A stretch of 64,000 nucleotides of DNA from contig JAJFFH010000049.1 of assembly GCA_021776735.1 (NCBI GenBank), positions 5,523 through 69,522 on the forward strand. The letters run 5' to 3'. Shown in pieces: positions 54,139 to 63,882 of this stretch. The position numbers were made by a program, and so were the translations under genes. This DNA is from Planctomycetota bacterium (GTDB lineage: Bacteria > Planctomycetota > PLA2). Position 1 is the first letter of the stretch; the number at the start of each line of letters is the position of its first letter. The notes under the pieces are model-generated. The model did no database searches and had not been told where the DNA came from. It worked only from the letters and a program-made list of their open reading frames with translations.

Positions 54139-55227
54139 ATGACGACACCGGCGAAGGTCACCTACAACCCCTCCAGCGAGTTTCAGCAGGCAATCCGCGC
54201 TCGCGTCGATCGCTACTTCCGCATGACGGGCCGGTCGCCCAAAGACAGCGTCCGGATGTACCTGAAGACGGCGACCGTCATTCTCGGGCTGGCCGGGCTC
54301 TACGTGCTGACCGTGTTTGTCGCCGCGGCGTGGTGGCAGGTGCTTCTTCTCTCGGTGGGCATGGGTGTCGGCGTGGCTGCCCTCGGTTTCAACGTCCAGC
54401 ACGACGGAAACCACGGCGCGTATTCCCGCGTCGGCTGGATCAACCGCATCACCGGCCTCACGATGGATTTGTTGGGGGTCAGCAGCTACATCTGGTCACG
54501 CAAGCACAACGTGCTGCACCACACCTACACGAACGTGGCCGGGCACGACGACGACATCGACCTCGGCCCGCTCGCGAGGTTCGCCCCCGAGCAGCGCCGC
54601 TTCCGCTTTCACCGCCTGCAGCACATCTACATGTGGGCGCTCTATTCGGTCATTGTTCCGAAGTGGCAGTTCCACGACGACTGGGCCCAACTCATCCGCG
54701 GCCGCATCGGGAGCCACAAGCTGATGTGGCCCAAGGGCTGGGATCTCGTGTGGTTCGTGGCCGGCAAGCTGGCCTGGATCAGCATCTTCTTCGTCGTTCC
54801 GCTCATGCTGCATCCGGTCTGGGCCGTGCTCACCTGCTACGTGATCACGATGGCCGTCGCCGGAATCGTCCTGAGCGTCGTCTTCCAGCTTGCGCATGTC
54901 GTCGAGTCGCGGCACTTCCCGGTTCCCGACCCGGAGACGGGCCACATCGACACGCCGTGGGCGGTCGAGCAGGTACAGACGACCGCGGACTTCGCGCGCG
55001 GCAACCGACTCCTGTCCTGGTTCGTGGGCGGCCTCAACTTCCAGATCGAACACCACCTCTTCCCGCGCATCTGCCACGTGCACTACCCGAAGATCGCGCG
55101 CATCGTCGAGAAGATGTGCAAGCGGTACGGCATCCACTACCACGCGTTCCCCAACGTCTGGTCCGCGATCCAGTCGCACTACCGCTGGCTGCGCGAAATG
55201 GGCCGACCGGTTCCCGCGACCGCGTAA
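54139..55227 (+). CDS. Membrane fatty-acid desaturase
   Basis: Histidine boxes HDGNH, HNVLHH, QIEHHLFP. 4 TM. Confidence 0.9.
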   Translation: MTTPAKVTYNPSSEFQQAIRARVDRYFRMTGRSPKDSVRMYLKTATVILGLAGLYVLTVFVAAAWWQVLLLSVGMGVGVAALGFNVQHDGNHGAYSRVGWINRITGLTMDLLGVSSYIWSRKHNVLHHTYTNVAGHDDDIDLGPLARFAPEQRRFRFHRLQHIYMWALYSVIVPKWQFHDDWAQLIRGRIGSHKLMWPKGWDLVWFVAGKLAWISIFFVVPLMLHPVWAVLTCYVITMAVAGIVLSVVFQLAHVVESRHFPVPDPETGHIDTPWAVEQVQTTADFARGNRLLSWFVGGLNFQIEHHLFPRICHVHYPKIARIVEKMCKRYGIHYHAFPNVWSAIQSHYRWLREMGRPVPATA

Positions 55228-55321
55228 GTGTGGTCGGACCGGATCTAAAGCAAGCAAAAGGGGGGCGCGGGGCGGCGTTCCCTCTTGCCGTGATCGACCG
55301 GTTGGGAGTAGGTTCGCGCGT

Positions 55322-56062
55322 ATGGCAACCGAGCTGCGCTTCGGCGGCGCCACGATACGCGCCGTGAGCCCTCCCCCGGTCTATGACCCGGGCGGCCCGA
55401 TGTGGATGGCGCAGGGCCGGGGCACGGCCGGCGATTTCGCCGCCGCGGAGGCCGCGGGACGCGATGCGGGCATCGTTCAGATCGTTGTCCCGAAGGGCGA
55501 CCCCGACGTGCTGGTCCCGCTCGGTTTTGCGCCGATGTCGGACTTTTGGGTAGGTGCGTTTTCCGGCGACGGAGACGCGGTCGTAGCGACCGAAGACGAC
55601 CTGGAGTTCATGCTGGATCTCGCCGAGGACCGGCGGAACGAATACGCCAAGGTCCAACCGGTCTTTTGGCGCGCCAGCGCAGAGGCTCGACCCAGGCAGG
55701 GCTTGTGGTTTCGGCATTTGCTGACGTTACAGCCGGACGGGCGTGCGCGGATCCTGATCAGCCGCTCCGAGGCGGGCGAGCGCGCGGGATTCCTGATCGC
55801 CTCGCCCGGCCTGGTCGACGCTCACGACCGGAACTGGAACGTCGATGACTTCATGGTCCTCCGTCCCGAGTTGTGGGCGACGGCTGGACGCCGGCTGCTG
55901 ACCTCGCTTGCGTGCGAAGTCACCGTCACCTGCGCGTGCCACGACGAACCGAAACGAGCACTCATGCGCGCCGCCGGCCTGCGGCCGGCGTTCACGTGGT
56001 TTCAAAAAACGCTGCGCGCCGCCCGTGCCCCCGGGCCCCCTGACCCTGCCTCCGAGGTCTGA
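55322..56062 (+). CDS. Hypothetical protein
   Basis: 246 aa from MATELRFGG. The upstream part of ORF 54890..56062 is junk. Confidence 0.45.
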   Translation: MATELRFGGATIRAVSPPPVYDPGGPMWMAQGRGTAGDFAAAEAAGRDAGIVQIVVPKGDPDVLVPLGFAPMSDFWVGAFSGDGDAVVATEDDLEFMLDLAEDRRNEYAKVQPVFWRASAEARPRQGLWFRHLLTLQPDGRARILISRSEAGERAGFLIASPGLVDAHDRNWNVDDFMVLRPELWATAGRRLLTSLACEVTVTCACHDEPKRALMRAAGLRPAFTWFQKTLRAARAPGPPDPASEV

Positions 56063-56076
56063 CTAGCCGAGGCTAA

Positions 56077-57744
56077 CTAATGCCGGTCGGGGTGGGCGAT
56101 GCGCGGGTACACGACGCGGCCGCCGATGCGGACCCCCTTGAGCGAGCCCATGATGCGCGAGACGTGTTCGCTGGCCACCGCGACGAACGTCACCTTGTCG
56201 AGGATCTTGATGCGGCCGATGACCGCACTCGGGAGTCCGGACTCGCCGGTGATCGCGCCGACGATCGAGCCGGGCCGAACATCGTTCCAGCTTCCGACCG
56301 GGATGACGATCTCGACCAGGTCGTCGTCGTGGTAGTGCTTGTCGTGCCGTTTTTCGTATTGCCCGCCATGCCCGCCGAATTTCTTTTTTCGTTTCGGCTC
56401 CGGTTCCGGCTCGGGGTCCGGCGCGACGTAGAGCGGTGACTCGCCCCAGGCCATGCGTACGGCCGCAGCCGCAAGGTCGGTTGCGTCGAGCTCCTCTTCG
56501 GTTGCCATTTCCTGGACCAGACTGCGAAACGCGTCGATGTCGCCGGTGATCAGCGCGCGCAGCTTGTCCTTGAGGCGCTCGCGCCGTCGATCGACGAGCT
56601 CCGCGCGGCCCGGAATGCGCATGGTTTCGAGGCGCTTGCCGCTGGCCCGTTCGATCGCGCGCATCATGTTGCGGTCGCGCGGCTGGCAGAGGGTGATCGC
56701 GCGGCCGGCGCGGCCCGCTCGGCCCGTGCGGCCAATGCGGTGGACGTAGACCTCCGGGTCGCGCGGCACGTCGAAGTTGACGACGAGACCGATGTGATCG
56801 ACATCGAGGCCGCGCGCGGCGACGTCGGTGGCGACGACAACCTTGGTTTGCTTGGCCCGCAGCCGCTTGACGACGACGTCGCGCTGCGGCTGGTTCATGC
56901 CGCCGTGGATGCACTCGGCCGGGTAGCCGCGCCCCTGCAGGTGCTCGGCGAGCCGGGCGGTCGCGAGTTGGGTGCCGGCGAAGATGAGAACGGCGTCGTA
57001 GTCCTCGGCCTCGAGCACGCGTTCGAGCGCCTCGGTCTTCTCCTTGCGGCCGACGGGCATCGCGTACTGCTCCGTGGTCGCCAGCGTCAGGACGCGCTGC
57101 ACGGTCTTCACGTCCACGGGGTCGCTGAGATGGCGCTTGGCAACGCGGCGAATCGGCGCCGGCATCGTGGCGGAGAAGAGCGCGATCTGGCGTTCGTCGG
57201 GCGCGTGCTCGAGGATGAACTCGACGTCGTCGATGAAGCCCATCTTGAGCATCTCGTCGGCCTCGTCGAGCCCGAAGAACCGCACGCCGGCGAGCGAGAG
57301 CGTGCCGCGCTGGAGGTGGTCGCGCACGCGCCCCGGCGTGCCGATGACGACGTGGACACCGCGGCGCAGCGCGTTGCGCTGGATGTGAATTGGCTGACCG
57401 CCGTAGATCGGCAGCACCGAGACGCCGCGCTTGCCGAGATGCTTGCCGTAGGAACGGACGGCCTCGCCCACCTGCATCGCGAGCTCGCGCGTGGGCGTGA
57501 GCACGATCGACTGCACGGTAGAATCGTCGATGTCGAGACGCTGCAGGAGCGGCAGCGCGAACGCCGCGGTCTTGCCCGTGCCCGTCTGCGCCTGACCCAC
57601 AAGATCGCGCCCTTCAAGCAGCGGCGGAATCGCCCCGGCCTGAATCGCGGTGGGCTGTTCGTACCCAAGCTCTTCGAGGGCGCGCACGAGCGGCGGGCAG
57701 AGCTCGAGGTCGTGAAACGAAACGTCGTCGTTGGAGTCAGTCAT
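56077..57744 (-). CDS. DEAD-box ATP-dependent RNA helicase with C-terminal extension (DeaD/CsdA-like)
   Basis: Q-motif. Walker A AQTGTGKT. DEAD. SAT. HRIGRTGRAGRAG. C-terminal RNA-binding-like tail. Confidence 0.95.
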   Translation of the reverse strand: MTDSNDDVSFHDLELCPPLVRALEELGYEQPTAIQAGAIPPLLEGRDLVGQAQTGTGKTAAFALPLLQRLDIDDSTVQSIVLTPTRELAMQVGEAVRSYGKHLGKRGVSVLPIYGGQPIHIQRNALRRGVHVVIGTPGRVRDHLQRGTLSLAGVRFFGLDEADEMLKMGFIDDVEFILEHAPDERQIALFSATMPAPIRRVAKRHLSDPVDVKTVQRVLTLATTEQYAMPVGRKEKTEALERVLEAEDYDAVLIFAGTQLATARLAEHLQGRGYPAECIHGGMNQPQRDVVVKRLRAKQTKVVVATDVAARGLDVDHIGLVVNFDVPRDPEVYVHRIGRTGRAGRAGRAITLCQPRDRNMMRAIERASGKRLETMRIPGRAELVDRRRERLKDKLRALITGDIDAFRSLVQEMATEEELDATDLAAAAVRMAWGESPLYVAPDPEPEPEPKRKKKFGGHGGQYEKRHDKHYHDDDLVEIVIPVGSWNDVRPGSIVGAITGESGLPSAVIGRIKILDKVTFVAVASEHVSRIMGSLKGVRIGGRVVYPRIAHPDRH

Positions 57745-57926
57745 CGGAACCTGCCATGGGAACACGCGCGGCCCGATTCGACGACATTCGGCGGGAACGC
57801 GCGTGCTGATTCTGAGACAGGATCAGGGGCTCGGGGGCAGGCGGCGGGGCGGAGCCGGCCGGTAGCGCCACGATTCGGCAAGCGAACGGGACAGCTTCTT
57901 GACAACGTCAGCTCGCGTCCTAGAAT

Positions 57927-57944
57927 CGTAAGTAGATACTTACG
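57927..57944. promoter_or_regulatory. Perfect 8-2-8 palindrome CGTAAGTA-GA-TACTTACG (putative TetR operator, autoregulatory)
   Basis: 5 nt upstream of the tetR start codon. Confidence 0.6.
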
Positions 57945-57948
57945 GATC

Positions 57949-58566
57949 ATGTCAAACACCGATCGTGCCACCGAACGCCGTCGGGCGTTTACTCCGCTCC
58001 TCGCGCGAGCATTTTCCGAGTTGGGTTACCGCCGTGCGACGACGGCGGAGCTGGCGCGCCGCTGCGAGGTGCGCGAAAACATCCTCTACCGCCTGTGGCC
58101 GGACAAGCGCGCGATGTTCATCGGCGCCATCGAGTACGTGTACGACCTGTCGACCAGGAAATGGGAGGAGTTGCTCGCCGGCAGCGGTGGGTCGGACGGC
58201 TCAAGTGCTGCCGAGCGGGTGCTGGCATACGAATCCAAGCATCACGGCGAGTTCGGGCTATATCGGATCGTTTTCGCCGGTTTGACCGAAACCGACGATG
58301 AGCAGATTCGCGAAGCCCTGCGCCGGATGTATGGGCGGTACCAGGCGTTCATCGAACGTCGGATCAGCGAGCACCGGCAGCGCCGAGGGGACTCCGATTC
58401 CGTGCCTGCGAGCGCCGCGCTGACCGCGTGGGCGATTGTGGGCATGGGAACGGTCACGAGCATTGGCCGTGATCTCGGGCTGCTCACGTCCGAGGACCGC
58501 GAACAGCTTTGGAGCCAGGTGGGACGCGTGCTGCTCGAAGGCGGCACGGACTCGGAGCCCCGCTGA
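57949..58566 (+). CDS. TetR/AcrR-family transcriptional regulator
   Basis: HTH TTAELARRCEVRENILYRLWPDKRAMF. Confidence 0.9.
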   Translation: MSNTDRATERRRAFTPLLARAFSELGYRRATTAELARRCEVRENILYRLWPDKRAMFIGAIEYVYDLSTRKWEELLAGSGGSDGSSAAERVLAYESKHHGEFGLYRIVFAGLTETDDEQIREALRRMYGRYQAFIERRISEHRQRRGDSDSVPASAALTAWAIVGMGTVTSIGRDLGLLTSEDREQLWSQVGRVLLEGGTDSEPR

Positions 58567-58582
58567 TTCTTTTTGTCTCAAA

Positions 58583-58600
58583 CGTAAGTGAATGCTTACG
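58583..58600. promoter_or_regulatory. Second operator-like palindrome CGTAAG-TGAATG-CTTACG
   Basis: Same half-sites as 57927..57944. 30 nt upstream of the lipoprotein gene. Confidence 0.5.
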
Positions 58601-58629
58601 GTAGGAGTTCTCAGGAAAGGAATGAAGTC

Positions 58630-59703
58630 ATGACCCACAAAACCAGAAACATCGCCATCCTTGGCTGTTGTTCGCTGTTGTTTCTTACGACCGCGTGCCA
58701 AAGCCGGGACGAACCCGATCCCCAGCAACCCGGGCCCGCGTCGGTGACGGTGTACCCGATCGTGCTTGCGGGGCGCCCCAGCGCGGATGTCGCGCGGGTC
58801 GTGGCGTTGATGCTGGAGCGCGGCGGCGCAACACAAATCGAATTCGGCGCGGCGGCGTTCGTGCCCAAGGCGGGTGCTGACTTCGATCAGCAATCGAGGA
58901 CGTTCGCGACCTTCGCGACCAAGCAGCCGCTGGATACCGACTACGCGTTGTACGGCGCCTACCTGGGTTCGCCGACGCGCGGTGTGGACGAGGTTCGGGG
59001 CGTGCTGGTCGATGCGCACGGGCGTGTTGTCTGGTCGGACCGCCAGCGCCCGGGCAACAGGGACTTCGATCGTCTGAAGCCGAGCAACCCGATGTCGTGC
59101 ACGAGGCTGTTGGTCGAGCGCCTGCGCAAGCCGCTGCATCTGGCGGATCCGTTTCGCAAGAACGCCCCGCGCGGCAAGCAGGCCGAACAGTTCAGACGCG
59201 AGTCGGGCATCCCGGACGATACGGAGCGCGCCGCGATGGCAGCGCGCCAGAAGAGCCTGCGCGCGGCGGCGCCGAAGGCGAACGTGGTGGTGTACCCGAT
59301 GCGCGTCGGCAACGACTATTCGCACGCCCGCGCCGAGGATTTGGCGAAACGCATCAACAAGAACGGACTGCTCGCGGCGCGAGTGGCCAAAGAGGAGCTG
59401 CGCTTCGATTTCGAGCCCAGCATGAACGAGCAAAAGGTGTTGTGGAGCGGCGCGCGGTCGATCCAGTCCAGGCTGCGCGCCGTGTCCCTGGACGCGGACT
59501 ATGCGCTGATCGCGCACTGCGTGACAACCGGCGCCGCCAAGGAGCCGTTCGCGATGCACCTGTACGTGCTCGACCGCCGCGGTGATCTGGTGGTCGTCGA
59601 TTTCCAGAACTCGCACCATTCGGACTTCCGGCGGTTGGTGCCGGGTACGTCGGACAGTCAAACGAAGCTGGCCGTGGCACGGCTGAGGAGGTACTTGAAA
59701 TAG
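58630..59703 (+). CDS. Lipoprotein (hypothetical), probable target of the TetR regulator
   Basis: Lipobox ILGCCSLLFLTTAC. AGGAAAGGA RBS. Confidence 0.75.
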   Translation: MTHKTRNIAILGCCSLLFLTTACQSRDEPDPQQPGPASVTVYPIVLAGRPSADVARVVALMLERGGATQIEFGAAAFVPKAGADFDQQSRTFATFATKQPLDTDYALYGAYLGSPTRGVDEVRGVLVDAHGRVVWSDRQRPGNRDFDRLKPSNPMSCTRLLVERLRKPLHLADPFRKNAPRGKQAEQFRRESGIPDDTERAAMAARQKSLRAAAPKANVVVYPMRVGNDYSHARAEDLAKRINKNGLLAARVAKEELRFDFEPSMNEQKVLWSGARSIQSRLRAVSLDADYALIAHCVTTGAAKEPFAMHLYVLDRRGDLVVVDFQNSHHSDFRRLVPGTSDSQTKLAVARLRRYLK

Positions 59704-59719
59704 GGGGCGCGGGGGCGAA

Positions 59720-60355
59720 TTACCACGGGCGTGTGTACCACCAGGGATCTGGGTGGACGAACTCGCTCTCGCAGGTCGGCCCGCTGATTCTGTCCGGCTT
59801 GTCCCATGCGCGAAAGGTCAGCCGTACGCCATCGGGCAGACTTTTCCAGTAGGTCGCCTGCCAGGGGTGCAGGCGTGTCTGCTCGACCTTGCTCAGGAGA
59901 TCGATCTGGTACCTGCACAGGTACGACAGGTATTCGTCGGCTACTTTCTCCGTGGCGGCTTGAAGCACGTAGCTCTTGTCTTCCGGGTCGCTGGACTCCT
60001 CGACGTACCGGCTCCAGTCGGGCATGGCCGCGTGCTCCCAGGCGCTGGCGCCCGCGTCGGTGAGGCCGTAGGCGATGCGTTTCCCCCAGCACTTTTCCGG
60101 GAAAGCCGCGAGAACGGCCTCCGGGGACATCCGCTCGATTGGAATCTCGTCCTGCAAGTCGTCGGAGTATCTCTGGGCTTCAATGAGCCCATTGTCGAGT
60201 AGTCGCGAGAGGGCGGCGGCCACCTCGGTGTCGGGTGCGTCGTGGCCTTCGACGTTGAACATCGGCCCGATGACGGGTTCCACGACGAATGCCATGGGGC
60301 TCCGAAGCTCGACCACGAGGTCGAGGAGGCAGTAGTCGAGTCGGGTGAGGTTCAT
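59720..60355 (-). CDS. Hypothetical protein
   Basis: 211 aa, unbiased composition. Confidence 0.55.
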   Translation of the reverse strand: MNLTRLDYCLLDLVVELRSPMAFVVEPVIGPMFNVEGHDAPDTEVAAALSRLLDNGLIEAQRYSDDLQDEIPIERMSPEAVLAAFPEKCWGKRIAYGLTDAGASAWEHAAMPDWSRYVEESSDPEDKSYVLQAATEKVADEYLSYLCRYQIDLLSKVEQTRLHPWQATYWKSLPDGVRLTFRAWDKPDRISGPTCESEFVHPDPWWYTRPW

Positions 60356-60385
60356 GTGCAGGCGGCCGACGAGAGAACGCTTTTG

Positions 60386-60628
60386 TCAAGAAGAACCGGT
60401 GCGTGCGGCCGCGACCGCTTCGTTCGCCAGTTTCAACGCCTGGTCGGCGGTGAGGCCGGCGTTCTGCTTGCGGATCTCGGCGACGGTGCGACGGAGGATT
60501 TCGGACCGGCATGCCTGCTCGACGAATGCCGACAGATCGGCCTCCGTCTGGCCCGAGCGGGAGAGGAAGGAGCGCACTAATCGGTCGGTCCGATCTTGGA
60601 TGGACAGATTCCAGCGAGGCATGGGCAT
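60386..60628 (-). CDS. Ribbon-helix-helix (CopG/ParD-like) small DNA-binding protein
   Basis: WNLSIQDRTDRLVRSFL (beta strand plus helix). Second helix TEADLSAFVEQACRSEIL. Confidence 0.5.
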   Translation of the reverse strand: MPMPRWNLSIQDRTDRLVRSFLSRSGQTEADLSAFVEQACRSEILRRTVAEIRKQNAGLTADQALKLANEAVAAARTGSS

Positions 60629-60737
60629 CTCATCATAAGGATTTCTTTTACCCGGGGATGCCCCGGCGGACGCGGGTCGGGCCTGCGGCGAACTCCTCGA
60701 CGGCGCCGTCGTCAGACGATTTTCGGGACACTATCGG

Positions 60738-60758
60738 TATGATATCATCCTGATATGA
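60738..60758. promoter_or_regulatory. Palindromic element TATGATATCATCCTGATATGA in the divergent promoter region
   Basis: Perfect 10-bp palindrome ATGATATCAT plus a second TGATATGA half-site. Lies between the RHH gene and the SPFH gene. Confidence 0.4.
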
Positions 60759-60786
60759 ACCAGGTCAGGTCCCGAGGAGACATGAG

Positions 60787-61671
60787 ATGACGACGACCGA
60801 GAACGTTCGCGGCGGGCGGCCGGGTCTGCCGATCCTACTGATCCTGATCGCGGCGATCGGGTTCGCGATCTACTGCTTGGCGCAGGCCGCGCAGCACGAA
60901 AGTCCGGCGTGGGGCATCAGCGGTTTGGTGGTCCTGCTGCTCGGTATCACGGGGATGCCGGGCCTGATGATGATCATGCCCAACGAGGCCAAGGTGCTGC
61001 TGCTGTTCGGCGCGTATCGCGGCACGATCAAGGACGAGGGCTGGTGGTGGGTCAATCCCTTCTACATCAAGAAAAAGATCTCGCTGCGCGTGCGCAACTT
61101 CGAGACCGAGCGCCTCAAGGTCAACGACCTCGACGGCAACCCGATCGAGGTCGCCGCGGTCGTCGTCTGGAAGGTGGTGGACACCGTCGAGGCCCTGTTC
61201 GAGGTGGACGACTTCGTGAACTACGTGCACGTGCAAAGCGAGTCGGCGTTGCGCAACCTCGCGACGCACTACGCCTATGACACGCATGGGGGCGACACCC
61301 ATGAAGGCAACGAAGTCTCGCTGCGCGGTTCGACCGACACGGTGGCCGAGAAGCTCCAGGAGGAAATCCAGAAGCGGCTGACCAAGGCGGGCGTCAACGT
61401 GCTCGAGGCGCGCATCACGCACCTCGCCTATGCCACCGAGATCGCGCAGGCGATGCTGCGCCGTCAGCAAGCGGGCGCGATCATCGCGGCACGCCAAAAG
61501 ATCGTGGAAGGAGCGGTCGGCATGGTCAAGCTCGCGCTGACCCATCTCTCCGCCGAAGGCATCGTCGACCTGGACGAAGAGCGCAAGGCGACGATGGTCT
61601 CGAACCTCCTCGTCGTGCTGTGTTCCGAGCAGGCCACAAGCCCGGTCATCAACACGGGTTCCCTGACGTAG
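60787..61671 (+). CDS. SPFH/band-7 (stomatin/prohibitin-like) membrane protein
   Basis: TM anchor plus SPFH core LLFGAYRGTIKDEGWWWVNPF... Confidence 0.9.
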   Translation: MTTTENVRGGRPGLPILLILIAAIGFAIYCLAQAAQHESPAWGISGLVVLLLGITGMPGLMMIMPNEAKVLLLFGAYRGTIKDEGWWWVNPFYIKKKISLRVRNFETERLKVNDLDGNPIEVAAVVVWKVVDTVEALFEVDDFVNYVHVQSESALRNLATHYAYDTHGGDTHEGNEVSLRGSTDTVAEKLQEEIQKRLTKAGVNVLEARITHLAYATEIAQAMLRRQQAGAIIAARQKIVEGAVGMVKLALTHLSAEGIVDLDEERKATMVSNLLVVLCSEQATSPVINTGSLT

Positions 61672-61682
61672 CGACAAACGAC

Positions 61683-61850
61683 GTGGCAAAGAAGAAGGCC
61701 TTCTTGTTGCGCCTGGACCCAAAGGTCCACAAAGCGATGCAACGCTGGGCGCAAGACGAACTCCGCAGCCTGAACGGCCACATCGAATTCCTCCTGAGGC
61801 GAGCGCTAAAAAAAGAGCGCCGCCTCAAGGAGGAGGAGCGGAGAGGGTAG
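61683..61850 (+). CDS. Arc-like ribbon-helix-helix DNA-binding protein (GTG start assumed)
   Basis: AKKKAFLLRLDPKVHKAMQRWAQDELRSLNGHIEFLLRRAL matches the Arc domain pattern. Confidence 0.55.
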   Translation: MAKKKAFLLRLDPKVHKAMQRWAQDELRSLNGHIEFLLRRALKKERRLKEEERRG

Positions 61851-61852
61851 GT

Positions 61853-62539
61853 CTACCGAAACACGGGAGATCCGATCGGCGGCTCGTGTTCTCCGCCGGC
61901 GATCTCACCGCCGAGTCGTTCAATCGAGAGCGCACGACGCCAATCCGCGCCGGAGCGGTGGATATGCGCGACCTGCGTGACCGCGTTGACGAGACCATAC
62001 AGCGTCATGTCTCCTGCGCGATCGAACTCCCGCTGAATCCGAGCGTGTTCATCGTCCGTGATCAAGCGTTGGGCGCTCAGGTGGAGGAGGTATTCGTACG
62101 GTGTACTGAGCATTTCCTCCACCGTCCGTCGGAGTCGCCGGGTCTGATCGTCGAGACAGCCGCCATCGAAGCTTCGGGCGACAACGGCGCCGAGTTTCTG
62201 CTTCCAGTCTTGCGGTGGCTGCGCACTCGAGAACTCGACGCGCTGTCCTTCGACTTCATCCACCAGTGCGCCGTTGCGGCACGCGACGCGATAGATCCGG
62301 ACACCTGCCTCGGTCACCGCGTCGGGCGCGTGGGCGAGAAAGAAACCGGCATAGACGTAGTCTCCGACATCGACCTGGTTCGCGATGCCGGGCGCGAAGG
62401 CGGTAACGTGGAACTCGCCATCGCTCCAAACGGCATGTTCGACGCGAAGGCGGTGACCGACGTTCGATAGCAGCTCACTTGTTTCGTCGAGAAGTTCCAC
62501 CGAGAAACCGCGGGCTTTGGCGCGAAGCTTTTGCAGCAT
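61853..62539 (-). CDS. Hypothetical protein
   Basis: 228 aa, unbiased composition. Confidence 0.55.
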   Translation of the reverse strand: MLQKLRAKARGFSVELLDETSELLSNVGHRLRVEHAVWSDGEFHVTAFAPGIANQVDVGDYVYAGFFLAHAPDAVTEAGVRIYRVACRNGALVDEVEGQRVEFSSAQPPQDWKQKLGAVVARSFDGGCLDDQTRRLRRTVEEMLSTPYEYLLHLSAQRLITDDEHARIQREFDRAGDMTLYGLVNAVTQVAHIHRSGADWRRALSIERLGGEIAGGEHEPPIGSPVFR

Positions 62540-62695
62540 GGGATTACCTCAAGACCAGTCTAGCCCTCCAATGCTACGAGCGGTCGTCAAAACGAAGAAC
62601 CGCTCCTAAGTCGTTTGTTCTTGCGGTTGTTGGATCGCTGGTTCGGTGGCGTACGAGAGTCGATGTCGCACGTCGCGCGCTCACGATCACCGCGC

Positions 62696-63400
62696 TCACG
62701 ATCCGCCGTAGGCTCTCCAGTAGCCCGAGAACACCAACGTGCTCCGCCACGCCTTGTCTTCGATCGGATCTTCGGACAGCGTCTCTGACGTTCTCATTGC
62801 TCCGACGGCGACGAAGAACCCGTCCAGGTCGTAGTGCAGCCACATCATGGGCCAGATCCCTGCGCCTATGTTGAACGACGTGGGCCTCGGCAACCGAAGA
62901 TCTCGCTCAATCTTGCCGACCGAGACCTCCGACGAGGGGTCGAGTTCGGCCAGGTAGGTCCAGTAGCGCGCTGGAACGCCGCGAGGCGGCAGCCGCGCTT
63001 GACTCGGCATGAGCCGTGACGCTCTTCGATGCCGGTCACGGTCGAACCTATGGGGTGCTGACTTCGCAGTGCGGATCTTCCAGACTCCGCACCACAGGAA
63101 GTCGCTGCGCCGCTCGGGGTGGGGACCGCCCGTTATGCGGTCGTCTTCGGAGACGCCCAGCTCAACGAGGCGACCGTCGATGTCATAGAGGAACCACCAG
63201 AACGGATCCGGGAAGCTGGGCGAGAGCACGTCCACCGGATTGCCCAGCCCCAGCTTGCTCTCGACGTCCTCCAGCGTGGCGTTCGTGTCGATTCCCAGGA
63301 GCAACCCCTCAAGGCCGCGCTCCCTCTCCGTCCGCAGGCCGGAGCACGAACAGACCGAGAGAGCCAGAACGACGTGGCTCCAACGCGTGCGCATCGGCAT
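62696..63400 (-). CDS. Lipoprotein (hypothetical)
   Basis: Start MPMRTRWSHVVLALSVCSCSG inside ORF 62696..63721. Confidence 0.55.
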   Translation of the reverse strand: MPMRTRWSHVVLALSVCSCSGLRTERERGLEGLLLGIDTNATLEDVESKLGLGNPVDVLSPSFPDPFWWFLYDIDGRLVELGVSEDDRITGGPHPERRSDFLWCGVWKIRTAKSAPHRFDRDRHRRASRLMPSQARLPPRGVPARYWTYLAELDPSSEVSVGKIERDLRLPRPTSFNIGAGIWPMMWLHYDLDGFFVAVGAMRTSETLSEDPIEDKAWRSTLVFSGYWRAYGGS

Positions 63401-63594
63401 GAATCCTAACTGCGCGCATTGACAACGTTGCCCCTGAGGGGCTTCGCCCCCAGGCCTCGCTACACGCTGCTTCGCCGCGCTTCGCCCGCCCCCGTACCCG
63501 GTCGCTAGCTCGAATCTCGCTCGCGGGAATCGTCTCAACAGCGTCAGTCGTTGAATCAGACCGTACGAGAGGGCGCCCCAAGGGACCCCCTCGC

Positions 63595-63622
63595 TGGTCG
63601 GGGTGACTAGATTCGAACTAGC
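63595..63622 (-). repeat. Partial duplicate (28 nt) of the 3' end of tRNA-Pro (att-site-like)
   Basis: TGGTCGGGGTGACTAGATTCGAACTAGC is identical to 63805..63832. Confidence 0.75.
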
Positions 63623-63804
63623 CTTCGCGATGCTGCGCTTCGCTTCGCAACGCTGCGGCAGCGGGCGCCGCGTCTTGTGGGGGCTCCGCCCCCAACCGGG
63701 CGCTCTGCGCCCGCCCCGCACCCGGTCGCTAGTCCGAATCTAGTAGACGAAGCGGATGAGCGCTGATTGACGGGAAGCCGCCGTGATGTCCGGCGGCTTC
63801 CAAT

Positions 63805-63882
63805 TGGTCGGGGTGACTAGATTCGAACTAGCGACCTCTTGACCCCCAGTCAAGCGCGCTAACCAGGCTGCGCTACACCCCG
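63805..63882 (-). tRNA. tRNA-Pro (anticodon GGG)
   Basis: Manual fold: acceptor CGGGGUG/CACCCCG, D-arm GCGC-AGCCUGGUUA-GCGC, anticodon stem CUUGA/UCAAG with loop CUGGGGG, T-arm GCUAG-UUCGAAU-CUAGU, encoded CCA. Confidence 0.85.
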
